Shown: positions 16,020 to 23,483 of the stretch, in pieces
Numbering within the stretch: position 1 is the first letter of the stretch
Layout of the letters: the number at the start of each line of letters is the position of its first letter
IMG/VR virus record: IMGVR_UViG_3300010052_000178
Location: 1 to 45,538 of that record
Length of the DNA stretch: 45,538 nucleotides
Source of the DNA: a virus
Taxonomy: Duplodnaviria > Caudoviricetes
Strand: one strand, 5' to 3'
Notes under the pieces: model-generated
The model's database searches: none
What the model was told of the DNA's origin: nothing
The model's input: only the letters and a program-made list of their open reading frames with translations
Translations under genes and position numbers: made by a program

Positions 16020-16784
16020 ATGGAGTGCGTCTTGACAACGATGAATCTAGAAGCGGTGCGTGACGAAATCAAGGCCGCTGCGGCAACCTGCGAAGGAACG
16101 CCCACAGCCAAGTTCGTTGCTGTTCTCATCGCCGCCGGCATCACCGACACGAAGGAAATAGCCGCCATCATGGGCGTCGGAGAGAGGGCCGTTCAGAAGG
16201 CCAGAAAACCGAACCACAGTTCGCCGAACTCAGGGACGCCGAACCACAGTTCGCGAACCACAGTTCGGAACGAACCACAGTTCGCGAACCACAGTTCGGC
16301 ACCGAACCACAGTTCGCCAAAAAGCGAACCACAGTTCGTTTCCGAGCCTCGCGTATGCGCGCGTATAGAAACCCCTTCGGGGTTACTTACTCACGAAGAT
16401 AGGTTTTTAGATTCCCCCTCTTCGGCCCCCCCCAAGCCGAAAGCCGAACCGAAACGCGGCAAGCGCCTCGCCGCTGACTGGCAGCTCCCGGACGAATGGC
16501 GGGACTGGACGAAGATCAACTTCGTCCACGCGTCGGATGCCCAGATTTCGCTTGAAGCCGATAGGTTCCGCGACTTCTGGCACGCAAAGGCCGGGCAGGG
16601 GGCGGCGAAGCTCGATTGGCAGGCCACGTGGCGAAACTGGTGTCGCACGGCGTTTGCCGGCCGTCCGTCCGCCCAGCCGATCAACACTGGCAGGGCTTCC
16701 TGGGATGAGCAGCGTGCCAAGCGCCAAGCCGACACCAGGGCGCTCATGGAGCGGATGGGCCTGACATCGGGGGCGATGCAATGA
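16020..16784 (+). CDS. Phage replication initiator (O-like; N-terminal HTH)
   Basis: HTH (TKEIAAIMGVGERAVQKA), internal iterons, C-terminal RGKRL..DW.LP..W...EADRFRDFW......KLDWQATWRNW. Start codon uncertain (15978-16041). Confidence 0.8.
   Translation: MECVLTTMNLEAVRDEIKAAAATCEGTPTAKFVAVLIAAGITDTKEIAAIMGVGERAVQKARKPNHSSPNSGTPNHSSRTTVRNEPQFANHSSAPNHSSPKSEPQFVSEPRVCARIETPSGLLTHEDRFLDSPSSAPPKPKAEPKRGKRLAADWQLPDEWRDWTKINFVHASDAQISLEADRFRDFWHAKAGQGAAKLDWQATWRNWCRTAFAGRPSAQPINTGRASWDEQRAKRQADTRALMERMGLTSGAMQ
16210..16338. repeat. Seven iterons CGAACCACAGTTCG, probable phage origin
   Basis: Exact copies start at 16210, 16240, 16254, 16271, 16285, 16303 and 16325. Confidence 0.9.
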
Positions 16785-17332
16785 GCAACCGTCTCCTCGC
16801 GCGTCTCTGCGTCGTTTACGGACAGCCGGATAGTCCGGATCCCGTCGCGTATCTGAACGAGATCAGCAATCTCATTGGCCGGTACAGCGACACGGAATTG
16901 GAGAAAGCAGGCGATGCGATCCTGCGCAATCATCGCGGCAGATCCTTTCCAACACCGTCCGAGATTGCGGCAGCCTGTGCGGATGCAAGAGCGAGCAGCA
17001 CCCGGGAGGTAACGCCGGAGTCGAAAGTCGATCCTGCGTGGTCGAATGCGCGCGTTGCGCTAGCGGACAAACTGATCAGAACGCCTCTCGGGCGCACCGC
17101 GGCTGATGAGGGATGGATCCTGGCACTGCACGACTTCATTCGTGTGAACGGACGCCTCCCAGAACAAGGAGAGATCGGTCCGCTCAGAGCCAAGGCGCGC
17201 GGCTTCGACGATGCCTACGCATCCGTATTGCGAGGAGAGACTGGGCCTTTGACCGGTGCACTTCGTCGACTTGGAGACACGTTTCTCGCGAAGCGGGACA
17301 AATATTCACGCATGACCGGAGATCGGGGGTAA
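16781..17332 (+). CDS. Putative helicase loader (P-like position)
   Basis: Coupled to the initiator gene; FPTPSEI motif. Confidence 0.55.
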   Translation: MSNRLLARLCVVYGQPDSPDPVAYLNEISNLIGRYSDTELEKAGDAILRNHRGRSFPTPSEIAAACADARASSTREVTPESKVDPAWSNARVALADKLIRTPLGRTAADEGWILALHDFIRVNGRLPEQGEIGPLRAKARGFDDAYASVLRGETGPLTGALRRLGDTFLAKRDKYSRMTGDRG

Positions 17333-17334
17333 GC

Positions 17335-17865
17335 ATGTTCGGTGGCCAAACAGTCTGGACGGAAGAACGCACGGAGAGAGCCAAGCGCTTGTGGTTTACG
17401 GGGCATTCGGCGCGGACGATCGCCAACAGCCTGGGTGGAGGCATCACCCGCAACGCCGTCATCGGAAAGATGCACCGCATCGGCGCCATCAAGCTCAAGA
17501 AGGAGCGCAAGCCGTACAAGCCGAAGGTGGTCAGGATCCCGGCCGAAGTGCGCGAGGTGGTGGAACTGGAGCCCCGCGCGCCGCGCCCGCCCCGCAAGGC
17601 CCTACCACCTGAGCCGCAGCGGCCCGACAAGCTCGTCTCGTTCGAAGATCTAACCGAAAAGACCTGCCGGTTCATTTACGGCGATGTGCGCGACCCCGAT
17701 CACGGCTTCTGCCCGTGCGAGCGGATTCCTGGCTCGAGCTATTGCGCCGGCCATCATGGCAAGTGCTTCACGGCTCCGGCGGTGAAGGCGCGTCCCTCGT
17801 CCGATCCGGGCGCCGTCTTCAACAGGTTCGGCCGCGGCCGCCTTCGTGATGAGGTTCTGGCATGA
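17335..17865 (+). CDS. gcrA: GcrA-family cell-cycle regulator homolog
   Basis: WTEERTERAKRLW..GHSARTIA..LGGGITRNAVIGKMHR...L.EKTCRF..GD......FC......SSYCAGH. Confidence 0.92.
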   Translation: MFGGQTVWTEERTERAKRLWFTGHSARTIANSLGGGITRNAVIGKMHRIGAIKLKKERKPYKPKVVRIPAEVREVVELEPRAPRPPRKALPPEPQRPDKLVSFEDLTEKTCRFIYGDVRDPDHGFCPCERIPGSSYCAGHHGKCFTAPAVKARPSSDPGAVFNRFGRGRLRDEVLA

Positions 17866-18281
17866 CCACACTAGATCGCAGAAGCTTCTTTCGCGCGAGC
17901 GCAGGCGCTGCTGTTGCCGCGCCAGTGGCCATGAAGCAAGTCACGGAAGACATGCTCTACGCGGTTAAAAGAGGTCCGTTAGTCTCAATAAGCGGGCTAG
18001 CTGGCCAATTAGGATCGCCCAATCAATCGCATTTACATGACGAGTTGGCGAGCCTCACGAAGATGCTCGCCAACATTGAAAACCCAAGAAATGAGGACCG
18101 AAATTTGGAAGTCGTCGCAGCTCAACGCATCGACGGTCTGCGTTCGGTATCAGCATCGAACAAGGCCAGGATGATGCTGGAAGAGCGCGAGCGCCGAGAA
18201 CTGCTCAGGCAACGTAGCTGGATGCAGAGGCGTATTGACGAGATCAAGGAGCATCTAGGTCCGTTGGGAGAAATGCTATGA
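17862..18281 (+). CDS. Hypothetical protein with twin-arginine-like leader
   Basis: MTTLDRRSFFRASAGAAVAAPVA. Confidence 0.6.
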   Translation: MTTLDRRSFFRASAGAAVAAPVAMKQVTEDMLYAVKRGPLVSISGLAGQLGSPNQSHLHDELASLTKMLANIENPRNEDRNLEVVAAQRIDGLRSVSASNKARMMLEERERRELLRQRSWMQRRIDEIKEHLGPLGEML

Positions 18282-18421
18282 CCCGCCCCCTCACGCTCAA
18301 AGGCTACCGCATCAAGAACGGCAAGGTGGAGAAGGTCCACGGATACGGGATGAACGCCTCCCAGAAGATCAGGCAGAGGACGAGCAAGAAGGTGAAGGCA
18401 ACACGGAGGGCGGCGCAATGA
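18278..18421 (+). CDS. 47-aa basic protein
   Basis: MTRPLTLKGYRIKNGKVEK..., ATGA-coupled at both ends. Confidence 0.5.
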   Translation: MTRPLTLKGYRIKNGKVEKVHGYGMNASQKIRQRTSKKVKATRRAAQ

Positions 18422-18532
18422 CCTACGCCGAGAAAGAGCTGCGCCAGGCCCTTCGTTTCGCGAACGAGCTTGGCCGCACCAAAATTCCCATCTCAATCGA
18501 GTCCGCGCGTTACATTCTGGAGAAATTGAAAA

Positions 18533-19033
18533 ATGACCGCGTGGTTTGCGCTCCGCACGTCTCCGATGAAAGAGTTCGCCGTCGAGGAGATCTTGCGCCG
18601 CCGAGGCCTTTCTGCCTTCTGCCCGGCGGAGACCAAGTGGAAGAGGACGGGCCGGAACCGCCGCGTGCAGCGTGATTACGCGCTGCTGCCGAGATACGTG
18701 TTTGCGGCGGGCGCAGACCCTTGGGATGTCGTGAGGGCGTTCGCGGGGCGCGGTGTGACCGGTGTTGTGACGGTGGACGGGCGCCCCGGTCTCATCCGGG
18801 ACGAGGCGGTCCAGAAGCTCGCCCGCATGTCCGGCGGGCTGGTTCCAACCAGCACCGCACGGGTACACCGGTCGTTCCGCGTCGGCGACCTCGTCGAGCT
18901 GCCCGGCAGTGCATGGGCGCATCTCTGCGTGCCGATCCTCTCGATCAAGGGGGAGACTGCGAGGGTGCTGGTTCCGATGTTCGGCGGGAAGCAGGAAGTC
19001 GAGGTGTCTGTGAGCCAGCTCGAAGCGGCGTGA
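18533..19033 (+). CDS. NusG/RfaH-like transcription antiterminator
   Basis: WFALRT.P.KE..V...L...G..AFCP...LLPRYVF...GVV and KOW FRVGDLVEL. Confidence 0.88.
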   Translation: MTAWFALRTSPMKEFAVEEILRRRGLSAFCPAETKWKRTGRNRRVQRDYALLPRYVFAAGADPWDVVRAFAGRGVTGVVTVDGRPGLIRDEAVQKLARMSGGLVPTSTARVHRSFRVGDLVELPGSAWAHLCVPILSIKGETARVLVPMFGGKQEVEVSVSQLEAA

Positions 19034-19061
19034 GACTGCACGGAATTGAAAGGGTATCGCG

Positions 19062-19250
19062 ATGGAACTCTCAGGAATCCTGATCCGGCAGACCGAGAAG
19101 TCTGGCTTCGAGGCAGAGTTTCGTGGCGACTACCTGATCAACGGCGACAACGGCTGTTGGATCTCCATTGTTGGATGGGGCGCGACGGAAGCGGATGCCA
19201 GGCGCCACCTGAGAGTGGCGCTGGACGAGATGAAAGTGAGGGCGGGATGA
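19062..19250 (+). CDS. Hypothetical small protein
   Basis: 62-aa ORF coupled to the next HNH gene. Confidence 0.45.
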   Translation: MELSGILIRQTEKSGFEAEFRGDYLINGDNGCWISIVGWGATEADARRHLRVALDEMKVRAG

Positions 19251-19858
19251 AAACAGGCGACGTCGTAGGTCGCTGGGTGTTGGTAGCGAAGGCTAGCTCT
19301 GACCGTTACGGTGTCCGTTGGCACTGTCGCTGCTCGTGTGGAACCGAGAGAACAGTCTCGGAGCAAAGCTTGCGGAGGCGGCGCAGCATGTCTTGCGGAT
19401 GCAAACGAGGTGAAGGTCTAGCGGCGCGCTGTTACCGGCATGGATGTGTCGACTCGGGTCTCTACCACACTTGGTGGTTAATGCGGCGCAGGTGCGAGAA
19501 CCCGGCGCACAAGTCGTATGCGGACTACGGAGGTAGGGGGATTCGCGTATGTGAGCGCTGGCTGGATGTCCGTTCATTTGTGGAAGATATGGGGCCGCGA
19601 CCGCCAGAGGCTTCGCTAGATCGCATCGACAACGATGGCAACTACGAGCCCTCGAATTGTCGGTGGGCCACGAAGTCCGAGCAGCAGTTGAACAAAAGAA
19701 ACACCGCCTACCTGAAGGTAGGCGGTGTCACCAAGCCACGTAGTCAGTGGGCGCGAGAGAAGGGCGTAAGTCACTCCCTGATCAACTGGCGTCTTAAATC
19801 CGGTTGGAGCCCAGAAGCAGCAGTTAACACGCCTCCCGGAGCCGCCTGTAGATCGTAG
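19247..19858 (+). CDS. Phage HNH endonuclease
   Basis: WHCRCSCG...SCGC...RRCENP.HKSYADYGGRGIRVCERW...SLDRIDNDGNYEPSNCRWAT. Confidence 0.9.
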   Translation: MKTGDVVGRWVLVAKASSDRYGVRWHCRCSCGTERTVSEQSLRRRRSMSCGCKRGEGLAARCYRHGCVDSGLYHTWWLMRRRCENPAHKSYADYGGRGIRVCERWLDVRSFVEDMGPRPPEASLDRIDNDGNYEPSNCRWATKSEQQLNKRNTAYLKVGGVTKPRSQWAREKGVSHSLINWRLKSGWSPEAAVNTPPGAACRS

Positions 19859-20750
19859 TACGCGCGACGTCGATGAAGGCTTGCTCGGCTTCGTCGAGAC
19901 GAGGCCTGCGCCCATGCTGTCGCTCGAAAGCTACAGCCCACGGGATCACTTCGGCTCCCGCGACTTTTGGCACGATGGCCTTGGTCGGGGGCAGCGGATC
20001 GGTATCGTTCGAAACGGCCTTCTTGTAGTCGTCGATGGCCTTGTCTAGCTCGTCACCGGTCGTGGTCTCGGAGATGCCCCGGAAGGCGAACCCGAGAGAC
20101 ACGATCGAGCCGATCGAGAAGAACAGCGTCCAGAAGAACGGCTCAGCCAGCATAAAGGCTGCTTTTGCCTTTGCCTCGTTTGCCCCGAACAATGCGGCGA
20201 TCTTGGCGCCTTCAGCAGCCTTGGCGTTGACCGGCTTCTGAGGGCCGAGCTTCTCCAGGTCTGCCACGTGGCCCTTCACGGCGGCTTCGTAGACGCCGAT
20301 CGTGGCCTGGATGCCCTCACATCGCTTGCCCTTGCCGGTCTTGCACTCGCGCGCAAGGCTGGCCTGGGCCTCGACCAGCATCGCATCTGCTCGAGCGAGA
20401 GACGCCTTGACGGCGACTCGGCGCTCGGCCGCGTCATCGGCCTGCGAGGCAGTGAGCATGGAGGTCTCGGCCTGCCGGCCGACCGAGTTGAACACGACGA
20501 GCCCCGTGCCCGAGAGGAACAGCACGAGGAAGCCGAGAGCGGCAGCCCAATGCCTGGCCTTGAGAGCCGTTCCCATCAGATGCCCGGCCGCGATCGTGCC
20601 GAACACCATCAGGGCTGTGAGCTGGACGTAGGTGGTCCACTGGCTCGGATCCGTGAGGTGGTCGCCGAGGATGATCCGAAGCTCGCCGTAGACGAACGCC
20701 GCGCCTGCAACGATTGCGAGAGCCCGGCCATTTGCTGTAATGGTAGTCAT
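19824..20750 (-). CDS. Membrane protein: 3 TM, coiled coil with Cys pair, TM and C-terminal HTH-like domain
   Basis: AAAGGA RBS, ECKTGKGKRC, C-terminal VARTTIYRRL. Confidence 0.75.
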   Translation of the reverse strand: MTTITANGRALAIVAGAAFVYGELRIILGDHLTDPSQWTTYVQLTALMVFGTIAAGHLMGTALKARHWAAALGFLVLFLSGTGLVVFNSVGRQAETSMLTASQADDAAERRVAVKASLARADAMLVEAQASLARECKTGKGKRCEGIQATIGVYEAAVKGHVADLEKLGPQKPVNAKAAEGAKIAALFGANEAKAKAAFMLAEPFFWTLFFSIGSIVSLGFAFRGISETTTGDELDKAIDDYKKAVSNDTDPLPPTKAIVPKVAGAEVIPWAVAFERQHGRRPRLDEAEQAFIDVARTTIYRRLREAC

Positions 20751-20830
20751 GTCGAGAATTCCTTTCCGAAGGGTTTTGGACATGCCCCCAGGCCGTTACA
20801 GCGGTTTCTGGGGGCGACTTCTGAAGAATA

Positions 20831-20910
20831 GTGCCAAAGTCACCGAATTGCAATCACAAAAGGTGACTAAAACACCTTTTCTTGACTGCGCGGTGCCAAT
20901 GGCACTAGAT
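20831..20910. promoter_or_regulatory. Divergent control region with three GTG-N7-CAC sites and a promoter
   Basis: Sites at 20831, 20863 and 20893. TTGACT-N17-CTAGAT at 20882-20910. Confidence 0.65.
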
Positions 20911-20917
20911 GCTGCGT

Positions 20918-21145
20918 ATGGCACATGCATCAAAAGCAGATGGCGCGGCGCTTGAAGCTCGTTTTGAAGCCCTTCTCGGCGGACACGGCACAACGGCGAG
21001 GTTGGCGCGCGCACTAGATCGGCATCCGTCGCAATTGCACCGGATCTGGGCTGGGAAACGCCCGGTTACGCCAGAGCTTGTTGCATTCGCAGAGCTTTTG
21101 GAGAAACTTCCTGAGGAAGATTGGCCCGACCGGTGGCGCAAATGA
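20918..21145 (+). CDS. Small HTH transcriptional regulator
   Basis: GTTARLARALDRHPSQLHRIWAGKRPV. Confidence 0.75.
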   Translation: MAHASKADGAALEARFEALLGGHGTTARLARALDRHPSQLHRIWAGKRPVTPELVAFAELLEKLPEEDWPDRWRK

Positions 21146-21369
21146 CAGACGATACGGAAAACCTGATCCTCGAGCATCTGCGTCACTTTCGGGCGCAGCT
21201 CCTTAGTATGGACGAGAAGCTCGACTTGCTTCGCGCTGACGTCCATGACCTCAAGGTGCGCATGTCTCACGTCGAGGAAGGCATCGGCGGCATCAATCGC
21301 CGCATCGATCGGCTCGACCAGCGCATGGACCGCGTCGAGAAGCGGCTGAATTTGGTTGATGTGATCTAG
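21142..21369 (+). CDS. Small coiled-coil protein (paralog of 12642-12845)
   Basis: ATGA-coupled to the HTH gene; RADVHDLKVRMSHVEEG. Confidence 0.8.
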   Translation: MTDDTENLILEHLRHFRAQLLSMDEKLDLLRADVHDLKVRMSHVEEGIGGINRRIDRLDQRMDRVEKRLNLVDVI

Positions 21370-21551
21370 CTGTGTCCGCCAGACTCTTGACTGCGCCCCC
21401 CGAACACGCATACGGGTGAATCTGGGTGGACCCTAGTGGGCCTCGAGTATGAGCCAGACGATACCCACCATCGGGCAAGGCGGAATGAAAACGCTGAGAC
21501 CCTGGCCGGGTGCACTGCGCCCAAAGCACCGCGACATTCCAGATACAATGA

Positions 21552-21587
21552 CGCCCCCGAAACGCTGCACAAGCTCGGGGGCGATTT
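21552..21587 (+). terminator. Putative late-leader terminator (tR'-like)
   Basis: CGCCCCCGA/TCGGGGGCG stem followed by ATTT, upstream of the late operon. Confidence 0.5.
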
Positions 21588-21654
21588 CCGTTGAGGGGCA
21601 TACGCTACGCGTCCAACGGTGAGAGCAATTTACGCGACCGAAGGTGAATCTCGC

Positions 21655-21819
21655 ATGAACACCTCGCAGCTCAAGTCTCAGATCGTCCCGATCCTCCACC
21701 TTGTCGGCTTGGCCCTTGTCGTTGTGGCCGCCCTCAAGTTCGGAGGTGTCCGCATCAGCTTCGGCGGCAACGTCACAGAGACGGCGCTCGTCGGCATTGG
21801 TCTGCTGTTGGCGCGATGA
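21655..21819 (+). CDS. Small two-TM membrane protein
   Basis: AAGGTGA RBS and two hydrophobic segments. Confidence 0.6.
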   Translation: MNTSQLKSQIVPILHLVGLALVVVAALKFGGVRISFGGNVTETALVGIGLLLAR

Positions 21820-21877
21820 ACGTTTCACGTGCAACACGAATTGATTAAAAATCAAAACATTCAAACAGGATTCAAAA

Positions 21878-22216
21878 GTGCGCGGTGGAGCAAGGCCTAA
21901 CGCAGGCCGCAAGCCTGGATCGAAGGCGGACAAGACCGTTGAGCGCCTGAAGAAGGTCGAGCAGGTCATGAAGGCTGTCGATGAGGCGCTGCCAGAGCCG
22001 TTCAAGGGCGATGCTCACGCGTTCCTGATCACCGTCTACAAGGACACGTCGAACCCGATCAAGGACCGCCTTGCCGCCGCCACCGCTGCTATCGGCTACG
22101 AGAAGCCGAAGCTCGCTGCAATCGATATGCAGGCTGAAGTAGACGCGACGGTTTCCGTCAGCCGTATCGAGCTTGTCGCCCCGTCAATCGTAAGCGATGA
22201 CCACGCAGCGCATTGA
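21878..22216 (+). CDS. terS: Terminase small subunit (putative)
   Basis: RGGARPNAGRKPG...RLAAA.AA..YEKPKLA, directly upstream of TerL. Confidence 0.75.
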   Translation: MRGGARPNAGRKPGSKADKTVERLKKVEQVMKAVDEALPEPFKGDAHAFLITVYKDTSNPIKDRLAAATAAIGYEKPKLAAIDMQAEVDATVSVSRIELVAPSIVSDDHAAH

Positions 22217-23483
22217 GCTGCCTCCGAAGCTCATCCCGGTTTTTGCCGGCGAGGCCATGTACAGAGGATCGTACGGTGGCCGTGGCTCGGGCAAGACCCG
22301 CTCGTTCGCCAAGATGTCAGCCGTATGGGGACTGCGGTTCGCCAGAGAGAACAAGCCCGGCGTCATAGTGTGTGGCCGCGAGTTCATGAATTCTCTGGCC
22401 GAAAGCTCGCTTGCAGAGGTGAAAGGCGCAATCGCTTCCGAACCGTGGCTGGCTGCGGCCTATGAGGTCGGCGAAACCTACGTTCGCACCAAGGACAAGC
22501 GTATCGAGTTCGCGTTCATAGGCCTTCGCCACAACCTCGACAGCATCAAGTCTAAGGCGCGCATTCGGCTGCTGTGGGTGGACGAGGCCGAGCCGGTGTC
22601 TGAAACAGCGTGGGCCAAGGCCATTCCGACCGTCCGCGAGGAAGGGTCTGAGATTTGGGTGACCTGGAACCCGGAGCGCAAGAAGAGCGCCACGCACAAA
22701 AGGTTCCGCGAAGACCCGCCCGCCGGCAGCAAGATCGTGGAGCTCAATTGGCGAGACAATCCGTGGTTCCCGTCAATTCTGAACAGGACCCGCCTCGAAG
22801 ATAAGTCCAAGAGGCCGGACCAATACGAGCACGTCTGGGAAGGCGATTATGTCACCGTAGTTGAAGGCGCCTACTACGCCAAATCGCTCACGGAGGCTAA
22901 GAGCCGGATCGCCCGGGTTGCTCAAGATCCGCTCATGTCCATCAGGGCGTTTTGGGACATTGGCGGCACAGGGGCCAAGGCTGACGCTTGCGCCATCTGG
23001 ATTGCCCAGTTCATCGGCAAAGAGGTTCGTGTCCTAGACTATTACGAAGCGGTCGGGCAACCACTTGCCACGCACGTCCAATGGCTTCGCGAGAACGGAT
23101 GGGGGAAGGCGCATTGCTACCTTCCTCACGACGGCGCGACCAACGACAAGGTTTACGACGTCTCGTACGAAAGCGCGCTCAGAGCGGCGCAATTCGAGGT
23201 GACAGTTGTGCCCAACCAGGGCAAGGGCGCCGCAAAGATGCGCATCGAGGCGGCGCGGCGGCTCTTCCCGAGCATCTGGTTCAACAAGGACACGACGGAG
23301 GCCGGACGCGATGCGCTCGGCTGGTACCACGAGAAGAAGTCAGACGATGATCGGAACATTGGTCTCGGCCCTGATCATGACTGGTCGAGCCATGGCGCGG
23401 ATGCCTTCGGATTGATGTGTGTCGTGTATGAGCCGCCGGCGGCTGCGAAACCAATCTCCTACCCCAAGAGGCGGTACGCTTGA
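22197..23483 (+). CDS. terL: Terminase large subunit (PBSX type)
   Basis: YGGRGSGKT Walker A, WVDEAE Walker B, TWNP, HDWSSHGADAF nuclease motif. Confidence 0.95.
   Translation: MTTQRIELPPKLIPVFAGEAMYRGSYGGRGSGKTRSFAKMSAVWGLRFARENKPGVIVCGREFMNSLAESSLAEVKGAIASEPWLAAAYEVGETYVRTKDKRIEFAFIGLRHNLDSIKSKARIRLLWVDEAEPVSETAWAKAIPTVREEGSEIWVTWNPERKKSATHKRFREDPPAGSKIVELNWRDNPWFPSILNRTRLEDKSKRPDQYEHVWEGDYVTVVEGAYYAKSLTEAKSRIARVAQDPLMSIRAFWDIGGTGAKADACAIWIAQFIGKEVRVLDYYEAVGQPLATHVQWLRENGWGKAHCYLPHDGATNDKVYDVSYESALRAAQFEVTVVPNQGKGAAKMRIEAARRLFPSIWFNKDTTEAGRDALGWYHEKKSDDDRNIGLGPDHDWSSHGADAFGLMCVVYEPPAAAKPISYPKRRYA

Noticed and set aside
16210-16338. Iteron array as a CRISPR or as alphaproteobacterial LexA boxes
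   Set aside because: Repeats are 14 bp with 0-16 bp gaps, lie in a coding region and have no cas genes nearby. Spacing does not fit GTTC-N7-GTTC.
17113-17334. N-terminal extensions in the ORF track (GcrA, and likewise 256, 19046, 37501, 41680, 43786)
   Set aside because: They overlap upstream genes or non-coding DNA; downstream starts with RBS or stop/start coupling fit better.
18418-18675. 85-aa ORF overlapping the NusG-like gene
   Set aside because: The N-terminal ~38 aa look protein-like, but more than half overlaps the NusG-like gene out of frame; too uncertain to call.
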